A stretch of DNA of 34,581 nt. It comes from Candidatus Latescibacterota bacterium. GTDB lineage: Bacteria; Latescibacterota; UBA2968; UBA8231. Shown here piece after piece: positions 1 through 8,591 of this stretch. The DNA lies in contig CBDCXV010000006.1 in the NCBI GenBank assembly GCA_965223905.1, forward strand, positions 1 to 34,581, written 5' to 3'. The notes beneath the pieces were generated by a model, which ran no database searches, was not told the DNA's origin, and worked only from the letters and a program-made list of their open reading frames with translations. The translations under genes were made by a program, and so were the position numbers. Each line of letters opens with the position of its first letter. Within the stretch, counting starts at the first letter, position 1.

Positions 1-675
1 GTCAGCTACCTGATCGAGGTCGGAGACCCCGAAAATCTCCTCGATCTCCGCTTCGCCGAGGCGCGTCCCGAGATAGCTGCGCGCATAGTCCGAGCAGTAG
101 CGGCAGTGACAGAGGGACTCGTAGTGATGGGTGGCGTTGAAGCCGTCGAGCCCGACCTCGATGCCTTTGCGCACCATCGCCTTGAGAACCGCCAACCACT
201 TCGGATTGCTCATGCAGCCGCGGTAGGTGCGGTAGGGGCGGCCCTCGATGACACGCCATCTGAGCGATCCGTCCGCATCGCGCTGCATGGCCTCCCCGGC
301 AGCCGCGCACGGCGGCGGCCCCAGCAGGTCGTCGGTCCATGTTTGCGCCCACTTCTCGCCGAACAGACCGAGTCCCTCCTGGTGATTGCCGAAATTCATG
401 GTCGTCGACAGTTGGCCGGTGACGCTGGCACCCGCCTCCCGTATCCGGGGGATGACCTCGGCCGCCATGTCGAGGTTGGCCCGCGCACCGGGCAGGGGCA
501 TCCCCGACCACGACGGTGGGATATTCTCGTCCCCGGCCAGTGAATAGAAGTCCGCTCCGAAGTTCCCCACCTGCACCAGTTGTATTCTCGCCCGGCGTAC
601 GTGATCGACGACCTGAGACGCAGTGGGCAGGGTCCAGTGTTCGATCATGCGGGCGATGCGGCGGTATTCGTCCAT
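1..675 (-). CDS. GH42/GHL-like TIM-barrel protein, N-terminal part (runs off window); not in the ORF track
   Basis: Manual translation from ATG at 675 (GGAGAGAGG upstream) is open to base 1: MDEYRRIARMIEHWTLP...YRGCMSNPKWLAVLKAMVRKGIEVGLDGFNATHHYESLCHCRYC. The CxxNPxW..DG..CxCxxC pattern is typical of GH42/GHL-type barrels. Confidence 0.7.
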   Translation of the reverse strand, partial: MDEYRRIARMIEHWTLPTASQVVDHVRRARIQLVQVGNFGADFYSLAGDENIPPSWSGMPLPGARANLDMAAEVIPRIREAGASVTGQLSTTMNFGNHQEGLGLFGEKWAQTWTDDLLGPPPCAAAGEAMQRDADGSLRWRVIEGRPYRTYRGCMSNPKWLAVLKAMVRKGIEVGLDGFNATHHYESLCHCRYCSDYARSYLGTRLGEAEIEEIFGVSDLDQVAD

Positions 676-857
676 GCTGGCGATGCCTGCCTCTCTCCGT
701 ACTGGCGTTCGGGTTTGTGGTTACCTTGTCGAAAATCCGCGGCCGCGCTGTCTGTCCCGCTTCACTCGAAGCAGGGGCCCTTCCTCGGAGAGCGGCAGCG
801 GGATCGCCTGTGCTCAGGCGACGAACGCCCGGCTCAACTATTGAAAGGTGAACGACC

Positions 858-2300
858 ATGCGACGCCACCGCACCATCTACTTCAACGACGCCCGTCACT
901 ACTACCTGTTCGTCTACGATCCGCCGATGCGGATGGAGGATGCCTGGGTGCCGGTCGACGAGGTGGCCGAAACCTCCGTCGACACCTTCAGCTATGGCGT
1001 CTCCCGCGCGGACGGCCTGTTCTACCCGTCGAAGGTCGGACTGCAATGGGGTTCCGACCGCAAGCCGTTCCGGAACGCCTACGAATGGCGCTGCTGGGAA
1101 AACATGCAGAGCCTCGCCGCGCGCGGGCTCGACCCGCTCCAGGTCCTCGTCGACCGGGCTCACGGGAAGGGCATGGATTTTATCGCCAGCCTGCGACTGG
1201 GGGGATATGGCGGCATGAACCCCGATCACAGCGTCGCCAACGGGGGCCGCGGATTCGTCCATGCCGAGATGCGCGACCACCAGCATGCCGTCGTCGAGGA
1301 GCTGGCCGCATGCTACGATGTCGAGGCGGTCGAGCTCGATTTTTCCGCGGCGCCCGGCGGCTGCGCGCACTGTCTCAATCCCGGCGAGGCGGGAGAGCAG
1401 GCACCCGTATTGACGGACTTCGTCCGCGACTGCGCTGCTGCAGTCAGGGGCCGCTCCGGCGAACCGGGACTGCTCGGGGCGCGTGTCTACCCGACGCGAG
1501 AGCTCAACCGGCGCGCCGGGTTGGAAGTCGAAACCTGGCTCGGCGAGGGCCTCGTCGATTTCGTCATTCCGAGCTCCTACTCCTGTTTCGTCCTCGATTC
1601 CCAGATGCCGATCGCCTGGATCGTCGAGGCAGCCCACCGGAACGAGATCTCCGTGTACGGCATCCTGCAGCCCTTTTTCCACGACGGGCGGCGCACCAAC
1701 ACCAATGTCGAGCACGCCACCCCGGAAAAGATGAGAGCCGCGGCCTCCAACTTCTGGCAGGCCGGCGTGGACGGCCTGTGCACGTGGTTCATGGACTGGC
1801 CCCTGCGGGAGGCGGAGCGGAGCATCCTCACCGAGATCGGCGACGCCGACCTGACCAGGGAGGGGAACAAGCATTACTTCCTGCGCCAGCGCGAAGAGAA
1901 GGTGGACAGCTTCGTCTACGGCGCCGAGCTGCCCGTGGCGATCCCCGCGGACCCGGAAGAGACGCACGAGATCTCCTTCACGATCTCCGACGATCCGGGA
2001 AACGAACGCGTCGGCCGCATGCGGCTGAAATTCAACGTCGCCGACCTCGTCCCCCCGGACCGCTTCGAGGTCAGCCTCAACGGCGTCTCCCTCGAGTCGG
2101 AGCCGTGCCGGCGCTCGCCGCGATGGCACGACGCATTCACCGGGGTGTGGATGGAATTCGACCTCAACAAGGTTCGCCCGGTCAGAGGCGCCAACACGCT
2201 GCAGTTCGCGCTGCGGGAGAGACCCAGGGACTTCGGCGGAGAGATCAGGATCGACGACGTCGAGCTCATCGTCGAGTACGATCTGTACGCCGCGAGCTGA
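858..2300 (+). CDS. family 10 glycosylhydrolase-like (GHL10) TIM-barrel protein, 480 aa
   Basis: RTIYFND start, DPLQVLVDRAHGKGMDFIASLR, VELDF, WLGEGLVDFV, GVDG motifs and a C-terminal beta-rich domain; AAAGGTG upstream. Confidence 0.75.
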   Translation: MRRHRTIYFNDARHYYLFVYDPPMRMEDAWVPVDEVAETSVDTFSYGVSRADGLFYPSKVGLQWGSDRKPFRNAYEWRCWENMQSLAARGLDPLQVLVDRAHGKGMDFIASLRLGGYGGMNPDHSVANGGRGFVHAEMRDHQHAVVEELAACYDVEAVELDFSAAPGGCAHCLNPGEAGEQAPVLTDFVRDCAAAVRGRSGEPGLLGARVYPTRELNRRAGLEVETWLGEGLVDFVIPSSYSCFVLDSQMPIAWIVEAAHRNEISVYGILQPFFHDGRRTNTNVEHATPEKMRAAASNFWQAGVDGLCTWFMDWPLREAERSILTEIGDADLTREGNKHYFLRQREEKVDSFVYGAELPVAIPADPEETHEISFTISDDPGNERVGRMRLKFNVADLVPPDRFEVSLNGVSLESEPCRRSPRWHDAFTGVWMEFDLNKVRPVRGANTLQFALRERPRDFGGEIRIDDVELIVEYDLYAAS

Positions 2301-2467
2301 TCTTCCCGAGCTGCCCAGCGCAGAGTGCGGGACGAAACCGGGAGAAACTTGAAAAGCCCTCCACCCGCTTCCCCTTCCGCTTGAATCGGTTCCCGTAAAG
2401 AACCCCGCCGCTGCGTATCGCGACAGGCACCCCCGGCTGTCCCGAGTTCGTCACACCATTCTTCGGC

Positions 2468-2488
2468 CTTACCCTGAGTGGGTAGGGA
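2468..2488. terminator. possible hairpin between convergent units
   Basis: CCTTACCC-TGAGT-GGGTAGGG stem with one G-U pair; no U-tract. Confidence 0.25.
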
Positions 2489-2503
2489 CAGCCACTCGAC
2501 AAG

Positions 2504-2960
2504 TCACCTCAAGGAGTCCTTGATCAACCCCCAGGAATCCTCGCGCACGGCAGAGTCCGAGGCGCCGACCAGAACCCCATCGGCAAAGCCGTCCGCCCAT
2601 CTAAAGCCTGCTCCATTTGCCAAATGCGGGTCCCGAATACGCTTGCCCGGGTCGACATCAAATATCCAGACCTCCAAGCCGATCACTTTGCCTGCCTCCA
2701 GATCCGATACGATGCTCTCTTGCGGATCCTCCCAGGAAAGGGCATCGACGACGTTACGTAGAACTGAATGACCGAGACGGTCGGATTCTCGCCGTACACC
2801 CCACCGCTGCTCTCGCTGTACGGCGGCTTCACCATCCAATCGTAGACCGGATGCCTTATATCGTGCATGATGCTCGCGCCCCAGATCCCCACGTTCGGTC
2901 CCACCGGGATACGCGCGATGGCGTCGTAAGGTTGCGCCAGACTGTAGGTTTCCAAAGCAA
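2504..2960 (-). pseudogene. 5'-truncated, frameshifted divergent paralog of the tandem CBM9-like genes
   Basis: Frame 1 gives AQPYDAIARIPVGPNVG...DWMVKPPYSESSGGVYGENPTVSVIQFYVT. After a 1-nt shift near 2748, frame 2 gives DALSWEDPQESIVSDLEAGKVIGLEVWIFDVD...ADGFADGVLV...SAVREDSWGLIK. Colinear with the C-terminal half of the array proteins. Confidence 0.75.
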
Positions 2961-2989
2961 GCTTCTCCGGCCCATCCAAGGTTCCTGCA

Positions 2990-3085
2990 TCGACTCGGGA
3001 CGGTCCGACACGGAACAGATGCTTCTCCCGTCCGGAGACCAGACAGGATGGTGATCCGCTCCCTCCTGGTCGGTCAGCCTTAACA
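2990..3085 (-). pseudogene. TolB/PD40-repeat fragment
   Basis: RLTDQEGADHHPVWSPDGRSICSVSDR resembles the last repeat of the 7831-8456 gene (KITQGPANDREPAWSPDGRSICFVSNR). Confidence 0.65.
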
Positions 3086-3231
3086 GGGCGAACGGCAAGA
3101 GCGATCATGGAATGTGCCGACTTCAAACGGCGGTTGGACAGGTCCATAGGATGATAGTCCACACCCGCTCGCAGCGGAGAAGCCTCGACCCCGCGATTGG
3201 TGTTCCCTGTATCCTTCGGGACTGGGGGAAA

Positions 3232-4158
3232 CTATTCGAAAGTCGCCTTGATTCGGGCCCAGGAATCGCTTTCGACCGCCGAATTGTCGGATGACAAGCC
3301 ATCTGGCGTAATCAGAACCCCGTCGGCGAAGTAGTCGGCTGACATATACAACAGATCCCTAAAAGATTCGTAGGATGGGGGGACTGCTAGTGGGTGGATG
3401 GTCTCTATCCCAGGCTGGCTATCAACGTCGAATACCTGAATGTTGAAACCGATGATCTTTCCGGCGAACAGATCGGACCCGTCACTGTCTTCCGGATTCC
3501 CCGTCGGTACCAAGCGGTCAAACGGCGTCACGTAGAATTCCGTCACCGAGAAGATGGGGGATCCGCCGACCACTGCGCCGCCTCCGTGTGCAAACGGAGG
3601 CTGACTGAACCAGTCCGGACTCAAATGATACGCATGGGGGGTGAGGCGAACCTGGGAGCCTCCGTCGAAAACCTCCCCGAGCGCATGGAAAACCTGCGCC
3701 TGCCAAGCGTTCTGCAGCCAATCCTCTGGACCTTCTTCGGGGTACACCACGCCGCCCGAGTGGTCTCCGTCAACGGCAAACTCCACCGAGGAGTCGTGGA
3801 AAACCATAACGTAATTCTCATCCTCGCGGTCGAATTCGTTGACGTATACGTCGTCGACCCTCTCCATGGCGAAGAAAATCCGGTCAGTGGCATCGTGCCA
3901 TCCAAGCCAGATGCGAAAATCCATATCAGAAGGATCGTACGAGCCACCATAAGGTTCCGCGAAGTCCAGCGGGGTGAGCGTGGGCTCCCCGACGATGTTT
4001 TCCCAGTCCTCGACGGAACCGTCCGTAACGTCGATCTCGGCGACGTCGCGGTCGGTCAACTGCACGATAGGATAGATGCGGTTCGCGGGTTGGGCGTCTG
4101 CGACAGAGAGGAAGCCTGCCAAGGAGAGGGCGAGCTTGAGCCAAATGGGGTGTTGCAT
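3232..4158 (-). CDS. secreted CBM9/DOMON-like protein, copy A (308 aa)
   Basis: Signal peptide MQHPIWLKLALSLAGFLSVADA|Q; DG..EDW, DSSVEFAVDGDHSGG and GKIIGFNIQVFDVD motifs resemble CBM9-like domains; tail SAVESDSWARIKATFE; AGGAGG RBS. Fold call is from motif recognition. Confidence 0.8.
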   Translation of the reverse strand: MQHPIWLKLALSLAGFLSVADAQPANRIYPIVQLTDRDVAEIDVTDGSVEDWENIVGEPTLTPLDFAEPYGGSYDPSDMDFRIWLGWHDATDRIFFAMERVDDVYVNEFDREDENYVMVFHDSSVEFAVDGDHSGGVVYPEEGPEDWLQNAWQAQVFHALGEVFDGGSQVRLTPHAYHLSPDWFSQPPFAHGGGAVVGGSPIFSVTEFYVTPFDRLVPTGNPEDSDGSDLFAGKIIGFNIQVFDVDSQPGIETIHPLAVPPSYESFRDLLYMSADYFADGVLITPDGLSSDNSAVESDSWARIKATFE

Positions 4159-4222
4159 CCTGTAATCCTCCTGCCAGAGGGGCGATCCCCGGTATCTTGA
4201 ACCGGTCTTTCCAGAGGCATCA

Positions 4223-4252
4223 ACTTTATTAATTCTGCTGTCCGGCTGTCAA
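4223..4252 (-). promoter_or_regulatory. sigma70-like promoter candidate in array spacer
   Basis: TTGACA-N18-TAAAGT upstream of copy A; equivalent sites upstream of B and C read TAGACA. Confidence 0.45.
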
Positions 4253-4399
4253 AAAGAATGGGTCCACCTCATGGAGAAGGTGTGGGGGAGAACCTGTCGA
4301 ACTGGGACAGGTCCATAGGAGGATAGTCCACACCCGCCCGTAGCGGAGAGGCCTCGCCCCGCGATTGGTGTTCCCTGTATCCTTCGGGCTTGGGGGAAA

Positions 4400-5333
4400 C
4401 TATTCGAAAGTCGCCTTGATCCGGGCCCAGGAATCGCTTTCGACCGCCGAATCGTCGGATGACAAGCCATCCGGCGTGACCAGAACCCCGTCGGCGAAGT
4501 CGTCTGCTGGAATCTGAAACAGACTCGCCCAGTAGGGCAATGGAGGTCTTGGGGCTGCTAGATGGTGGATGGTCTCCACCACCCCAGGCTGATCATCAAC
4601 GTCGGATACCTGAATGTTGAAACCGATGATCTTTCCGCCGAACAGATCGGACACGTCACTGTCTTCCGGATCCGCCGTCGGTACAAAGCGGTCAAACGGC
4701 GTCACGTAGAATTCCGTCACCGAGAAAATGGGGGATCCGCCAACCACTGCGCCGCCTCCGTGTGCAAACGGAGGCTGACTGAACCAGTCCGCACTCAAAT
4801 GATACGCATGGGGGGTGAGGCGAACCTGGGAGCCTCCGTCGAAAACCTCCCCGAGCGCATGGAAAATCTGCGCCTGCCAAGGGTTCTTCAGCCATTCCTC
4901 TGGAGATTCCTCGGGGAACACCGGGCCGCCCGAGTGGTCTCCATCAACGGCAAACTCCACCGAGGAGTCGTGGAAACTCATAATAAACAGACTCTCATCC
5001 TCCCGGTCGTGTTCGTTGACGTATACGTCGTCGACCCTCTCCATGGCGAAAAAAATCCGGTCAGTGGCATCGTGCCATCCAAGCCAGATGCGAAAATCCA
5101 TATCAGAAGGATCGTACGAGCCACCATAAGGTTCCGCGAAGTCCAGCGGGGTGAGCGTGGGCTCCCCGACGATGTTTTCCCAGTCCTCGACGGAACCGTC
5201 CGTAACGTCGATCTCGGCGACATCGCGCGGTCAATTGCATTATTGGATAGATGCGGTCCGGGGGTTGGGCGTTTGCGACAGAGAGGAAGCCTGCCAAGGA
5301 GAGGGCGAGCTTGAGCCAAATGGGGTGTTGCAT
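4400..5333 (-). pseudogene. CBM9-like copy B, frameshifted (or sequencing error)
   Basis: Full-length copy with a 2-nt deletion near 5227 (TTG ACC G--CGC GAT vs TTG ACC GAC CGC GAC in C), which separates the signal peptide from the body. Confidence 0.8.
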
Positions 5334-5576
5334 CCTGCAATCCTCCTGTCAGAGGGGCGATCCCCGGTATCTTGAACCGGTCTGCCCAGAGGCATCAACT
5401 TAATGATTCTGCTGTCCGGCTGTCTAAAAGAATGGGTCCACCTCATGGAGAAGGTGGTGGGGGAGAACCTGTCGAACTGGGACAGGTCCATAGGAGGACA
5501 GTCCACACCCGCTCGCAACGGAGAGGCCTCGACCCCGCGATTGGTGGTTCCCTGTATCCTTCGGGCTTGGGGGAAA

Positions 5577-6503
5577 CTATTCGAAAGTCGCCTTGATCCG
5601 GGCCCAGGAATCGCTTTCGACCGCCGAATCGTCGGATGACAAGCCATCCGGCGTGACCAGAACCCCGTCGGCGAAGTCGTCTGCTGAAATCCGGAACAGA
5701 GTCCAAAAATCGTTGGATGGGGGGGCTGCTAGTTGGTGGATGGTCTCCACCCCAGGCTGATCATCAACGTCGCATACGTGAATGTTGAAACCGATGATCT
5801 TTCCGCCGAACAGATCGGACACGTCACTGTCTTCCGGATCCGCCGTCGGTACAAAGCGGTCAAACGGCGTCACGTAGAATTCCGTCACCGAGAAAATGGG
5901 GGATCCGCCAACCACTGCGCCGCCTCCGTGTGCAAACGGAGGCTGACTGAACCAGTCCGCACTCAAATGATACGCATGGGGGGTGAGGCGAACCTGGGAG
6001 CCTCCGTCGAAAACCTCCCCGAGCGCATGGAAAATCTGCGCCTGCCAAGGGTTCTTCAGCCATTCCTCTGGAGATTCCTCGGGGAACACCGGGCCGCCCG
6101 AGTGGTCTCCATCAACGGCAAACTCCACCGAGGAGTCGTGGAAACTCATAATAAACAGACTCTCATCCTCCCGGTCGTGTTCGTTGACGTATACGTCGTC
6201 GACCCTCTCCATGGCGAAAAAAATCCGGTCAGTGGCATCGTGCCATCCAAGCCAGATGCGAAAATCCATATCAGAAGGATCGTACGAGCCACCATAAGGT
6301 TCCGCGAAGTCCAGCGGGGTGAGCGTGGGCTCCCCGACGATATATTCCCAGTCCTCGACGGAACCGTCCGTAACGTCGATCTCGGCGACGTCGCGGTCGG
6401 TCAACTGCATTATTGGATAGATGCGGTCCGGGGGTTGCGCGTTTGCGACAGAGAGGAAGCCTGCCAAGGAGAGGGCGAGCGTGAGCCAAATGGGTTGTTG
6501 CAT
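5577..6503 (-). CDS. secreted CBM9/DOMON-like protein, copy C (308 aa)
   Basis: Same framework, signal peptide, RBS and tail as copy A. Confidence 0.8.
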   Translation of the reverse strand: MQQPIWLTLALSLAGFLSVANAQPPDRIYPIMQLTDRDVAEIDVTDGSVEDWEYIVGEPTLTPLDFAEPYGGSYDPSDMDFRIWLGWHDATDRIFFAMERVDDVYVNEHDREDESLFIMSFHDSSVEFAVDGDHSGGPVFPEESPEEWLKNPWQAQIFHALGEVFDGGSQVRLTPHAYHLSADWFSQPPFAHGGGAVVGGSPIFSVTEFYVTPFDRFVPTADPEDSDVSDLFGGKIIGFNIHVCDVDDQPGVETIHQLAAPPSNDFWTLFRISADDFADGVLVTPDGLSSDDSAVESDSWARIKATFE

Positions 6504-6744
6504 CCTGTAATCCTCCTGTCAGAGGGGCGATTCCCGGTATCTTGAACCGGTCTGTCCAGAGGCATCAACTTTATTAATTCTGCTGTCCGGCTGTCTAAAA
6601 GAATGGGTCCACCTCATGGGGAAGGTGCGGGGGAGAACCTGTCGAACTGGGACAGGTCCATAGGAGGATAGTCCACACCCGCCCGTAGCGGAGAGGCCTC
6701 GCCCCGCGATTGGTGTTCCCTGTATCCTTCGGGCTTGGGGGAAA

Positions 6745-7668
6745 CTATTCGAAAGTCGCCTTGATCCGGGCCCAGGAATCGCTTTCGACCGCCGAATCGT
6801 CGGATGACAAGCCATCCGGCGTGACCAGAACCCCGTCGGCGAAGTCGTCGGCTGACATATACAACAGATGCCCATAAGATTCGTGGGATGGGGGGACTGC
6901 TAGTTGGTGGATGGTCTCTATCCCAGGCTGATCATCAACGTCGAACACCTCAATGTTGAAACCGATGATCTTTCCGGCGAACAGATCGGACACGTCACTG
7001 TCTTCCGGATCCCCCGTCGGTACCAAGCGGTCAAACGGCGTCACGTAGAATTCCGTCACCGAGAAGATGGGGGATCCGCCAACCACTGCGCCGCCTCCGT
7101 GTGCAAACGGAGGCTGAATGAGCCATTCCGCACTCAATAGATACGCATGGGGGACGAGGCCAACCTGGGAGCCCCCGTCGAAAACCTCCCCGAGCGCATT
7201 AAAAACCTGCACCTGCCAGACCCGCTCCTCTGGAGATTCCTCGGGGAACACCGCGCCGCCCGAGTGGTCTCCGTCAACGGCAAACTCCACCGAGGAGTCG
7301 TGGAAAACCATAACCTCATTCTCATTCTCATCCTCGCGGTCGAATTCGTTGACGTATACGTCGTCGACCCGCTCCATGGCGAAGAAAATCCGGTCAGTGG
7401 CATCGTGCCATCCAAGCCAGATGCGAAAATCCATATCAGAAGGATCGTACGAGCCACCAAAGGGTTCCGCGAAGTCCAGCGGGGTGAGCGTGGGCTCCCC
7501 GACGATGTTTTCCCAGTCCTCGACTGAACCGTCCGTAACGTCGATCTCGGCGACGTCGCGGTCGGTCAACTGCACGATAGGATAGATGCGGTCCGGGGGT
7601 TGGGCGTCTGCGACAGAGAGGAAGCCTGCCAAGGAGAGGGCGAGCTTGAGCCAAATGGGTTGTTGCAT
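6745..7668 (-). CDS. secreted CBM9/DOMON-like protein, copy D (307 aa)
   Basis: Same framework, signal peptide, RBS and tail as copy A. Confidence 0.8.
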   Translation of the reverse strand: MQQPIWLKLALSLAGFLSVADAQPPDRIYPIVQLTDRDVAEIDVTDGSVEDWENIVGEPTLTPLDFAEPFGGSYDPSDMDFRIWLGWHDATDRIFFAMERVDDVYVNEFDREDENENEVMVFHDSSVEFAVDGDHSGGAVFPEESPEERVWQVQVFNALGEVFDGGSQVGLVPHAYLLSAEWLIQPPFAHGGGAVVGGSPIFSVTEFYVTPFDRLVPTGDPEDSDVSDLFAGKIIGFNIEVFDVDDQPGIETIHQLAVPPSHESYGHLLYMSADDFADGVLVTPDGLSSDDSAVESDSWARIKATFE

Positions 7669-7830
7669 CCTGCAATCCTCCTGTCAGAGGGGCGATCCCC
7701 GGTATCTTGAACCGGTCGGCATCCCCAGCGTTGCGATCCACATGGGTTCATTTTCTGACCCTTGCGACATTCTTTCCTGTGAGCGACTGACCGGTCGACC
7801 CACCCGGACTGTCGTTCTTGCGGATTCAGC

Positions 7831-8456
7831 TCAAGGCTCTATGGCTCTAATGGCCCCCTCAACAGGGCGCGCTATCCACTGGGAGAACGCTTCCAGGACG
7901 GTCTCGCGTCTGTTGGAGACGAAGCAGATACTCCTTCCGTCAGGAGACCACGCCGGCTCCCTGTCGTTGGCCGGACCCTGCGTGATCTTGTTCACAGCCG
8001 ATCCATCAGCGGCGATACGGTAGATGTCGGAACTACCGCTTCGGTTCGATGCGAAAGCGATCTCCAAACCGTCAGGAGACCACGACGGCGCTTCGTCGCG
8101 AGCAGGATGATTACTGACATTGATCACTTCGCCGCCGTCGGCGTTGACAATACAGATTTCGCTTTCCCCGTAGCGGGTAGTCTGGAAGGCTATCCAGGAT
8201 CCGTCAGGAGACCACGACGGGCGCATGTCGAAGCTTTCGTGGTTGCTCAGGTTGCGGACATGCAATCCGTTCGTGTCAGCTGTGTAGACCTCGAAGTTAC
8301 CATCGCGTGCCGTGACGAACGCGATTCGACGGCCATCAGGGGACCATACGGGCGAAAATCCATCGCACACAATGCGCCTTGTCGTTTCCTGGGAAGCACC
8401 TTCAGGCCCAGGATCAGGCCGCAGGAGATCAGTACTGCAGGCTTGCGGGAGGTCAT
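7831..8456 (-). CDS. TolB-like PD40-repeat beta-propeller protein, probably frameshifted after its signal peptide
   Basis: Four PxWSPDG repeats. ATG at 8456 (GGAAGGT upstream) encodes signal-like MTSRKPAVLISCGLILGL, which joins EGASQETT... only with a 1-nt shift near 8403. Confidence 0.8.
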
Positions 8457-8555
8457 ACCTTCCAAACCGCCTTGCAGTGAGAGGAATCACCCCGGCTTCG
8501 CCCCGACCTCCCAACCTTTCCCAAGCACTAACCGGTGGTGACCAATGGTGAGGGC

Positions 8556-8591
8556 ATGATAGAGGGGGGGGGGGGGGGAGCGTGAAGTCAA
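8556..8591 (-). promoter_or_regulatory. sigma70-like promoter with a C15 homopolymer in the -35/-10 spacer
   Basis: Minus strand reads TTGACT-TCACGCT-C15-TC-TATCAT; spacer 24 nt; G15 on plus at 8564-8578. Confidence 0.55.

Larger units (their letters stand above)
3136..7717 (-). repeat. tandem array of four ~1.17-kb gene+spacer units
   Basis: Stop codons recur at 3232, 4400, 5577 and 6745 (periods 1168, 1177, 1168); spacers are near-identical. Confidence 0.97.

Noticed and set aside
2-877. 291-aa minus-strand ORF from the track
   Set aside because: Arg/Gly-rich shadow frame; the protein-like frame is 675 to 1.
3394-6545. Repeated plus-strand ORFs of ~250-270 aa (3394, 4562, 5733)
   Set aside because: Antisense shadows of the array genes with no recognisable motifs.
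3136-7717. Diversity-generating retroelement
   Set aside because: No reverse transcriptase or template repeat in the window; substitutions involve all bases and include in-frame indels. A remote DGR cannot be fully excluded.
3136-7717. CRISPR array or integron cassette array
   Set aside because: Repeats are whole paralogous genes; no short repeat-spacer pattern, no convincing paired attC boxes, and no cas or intI genes.
7831-8456. Calling this gene tolB
   Set aside because: Only four PD40 repeats, no TolB N-terminal domain and no tol-pal neighbours.
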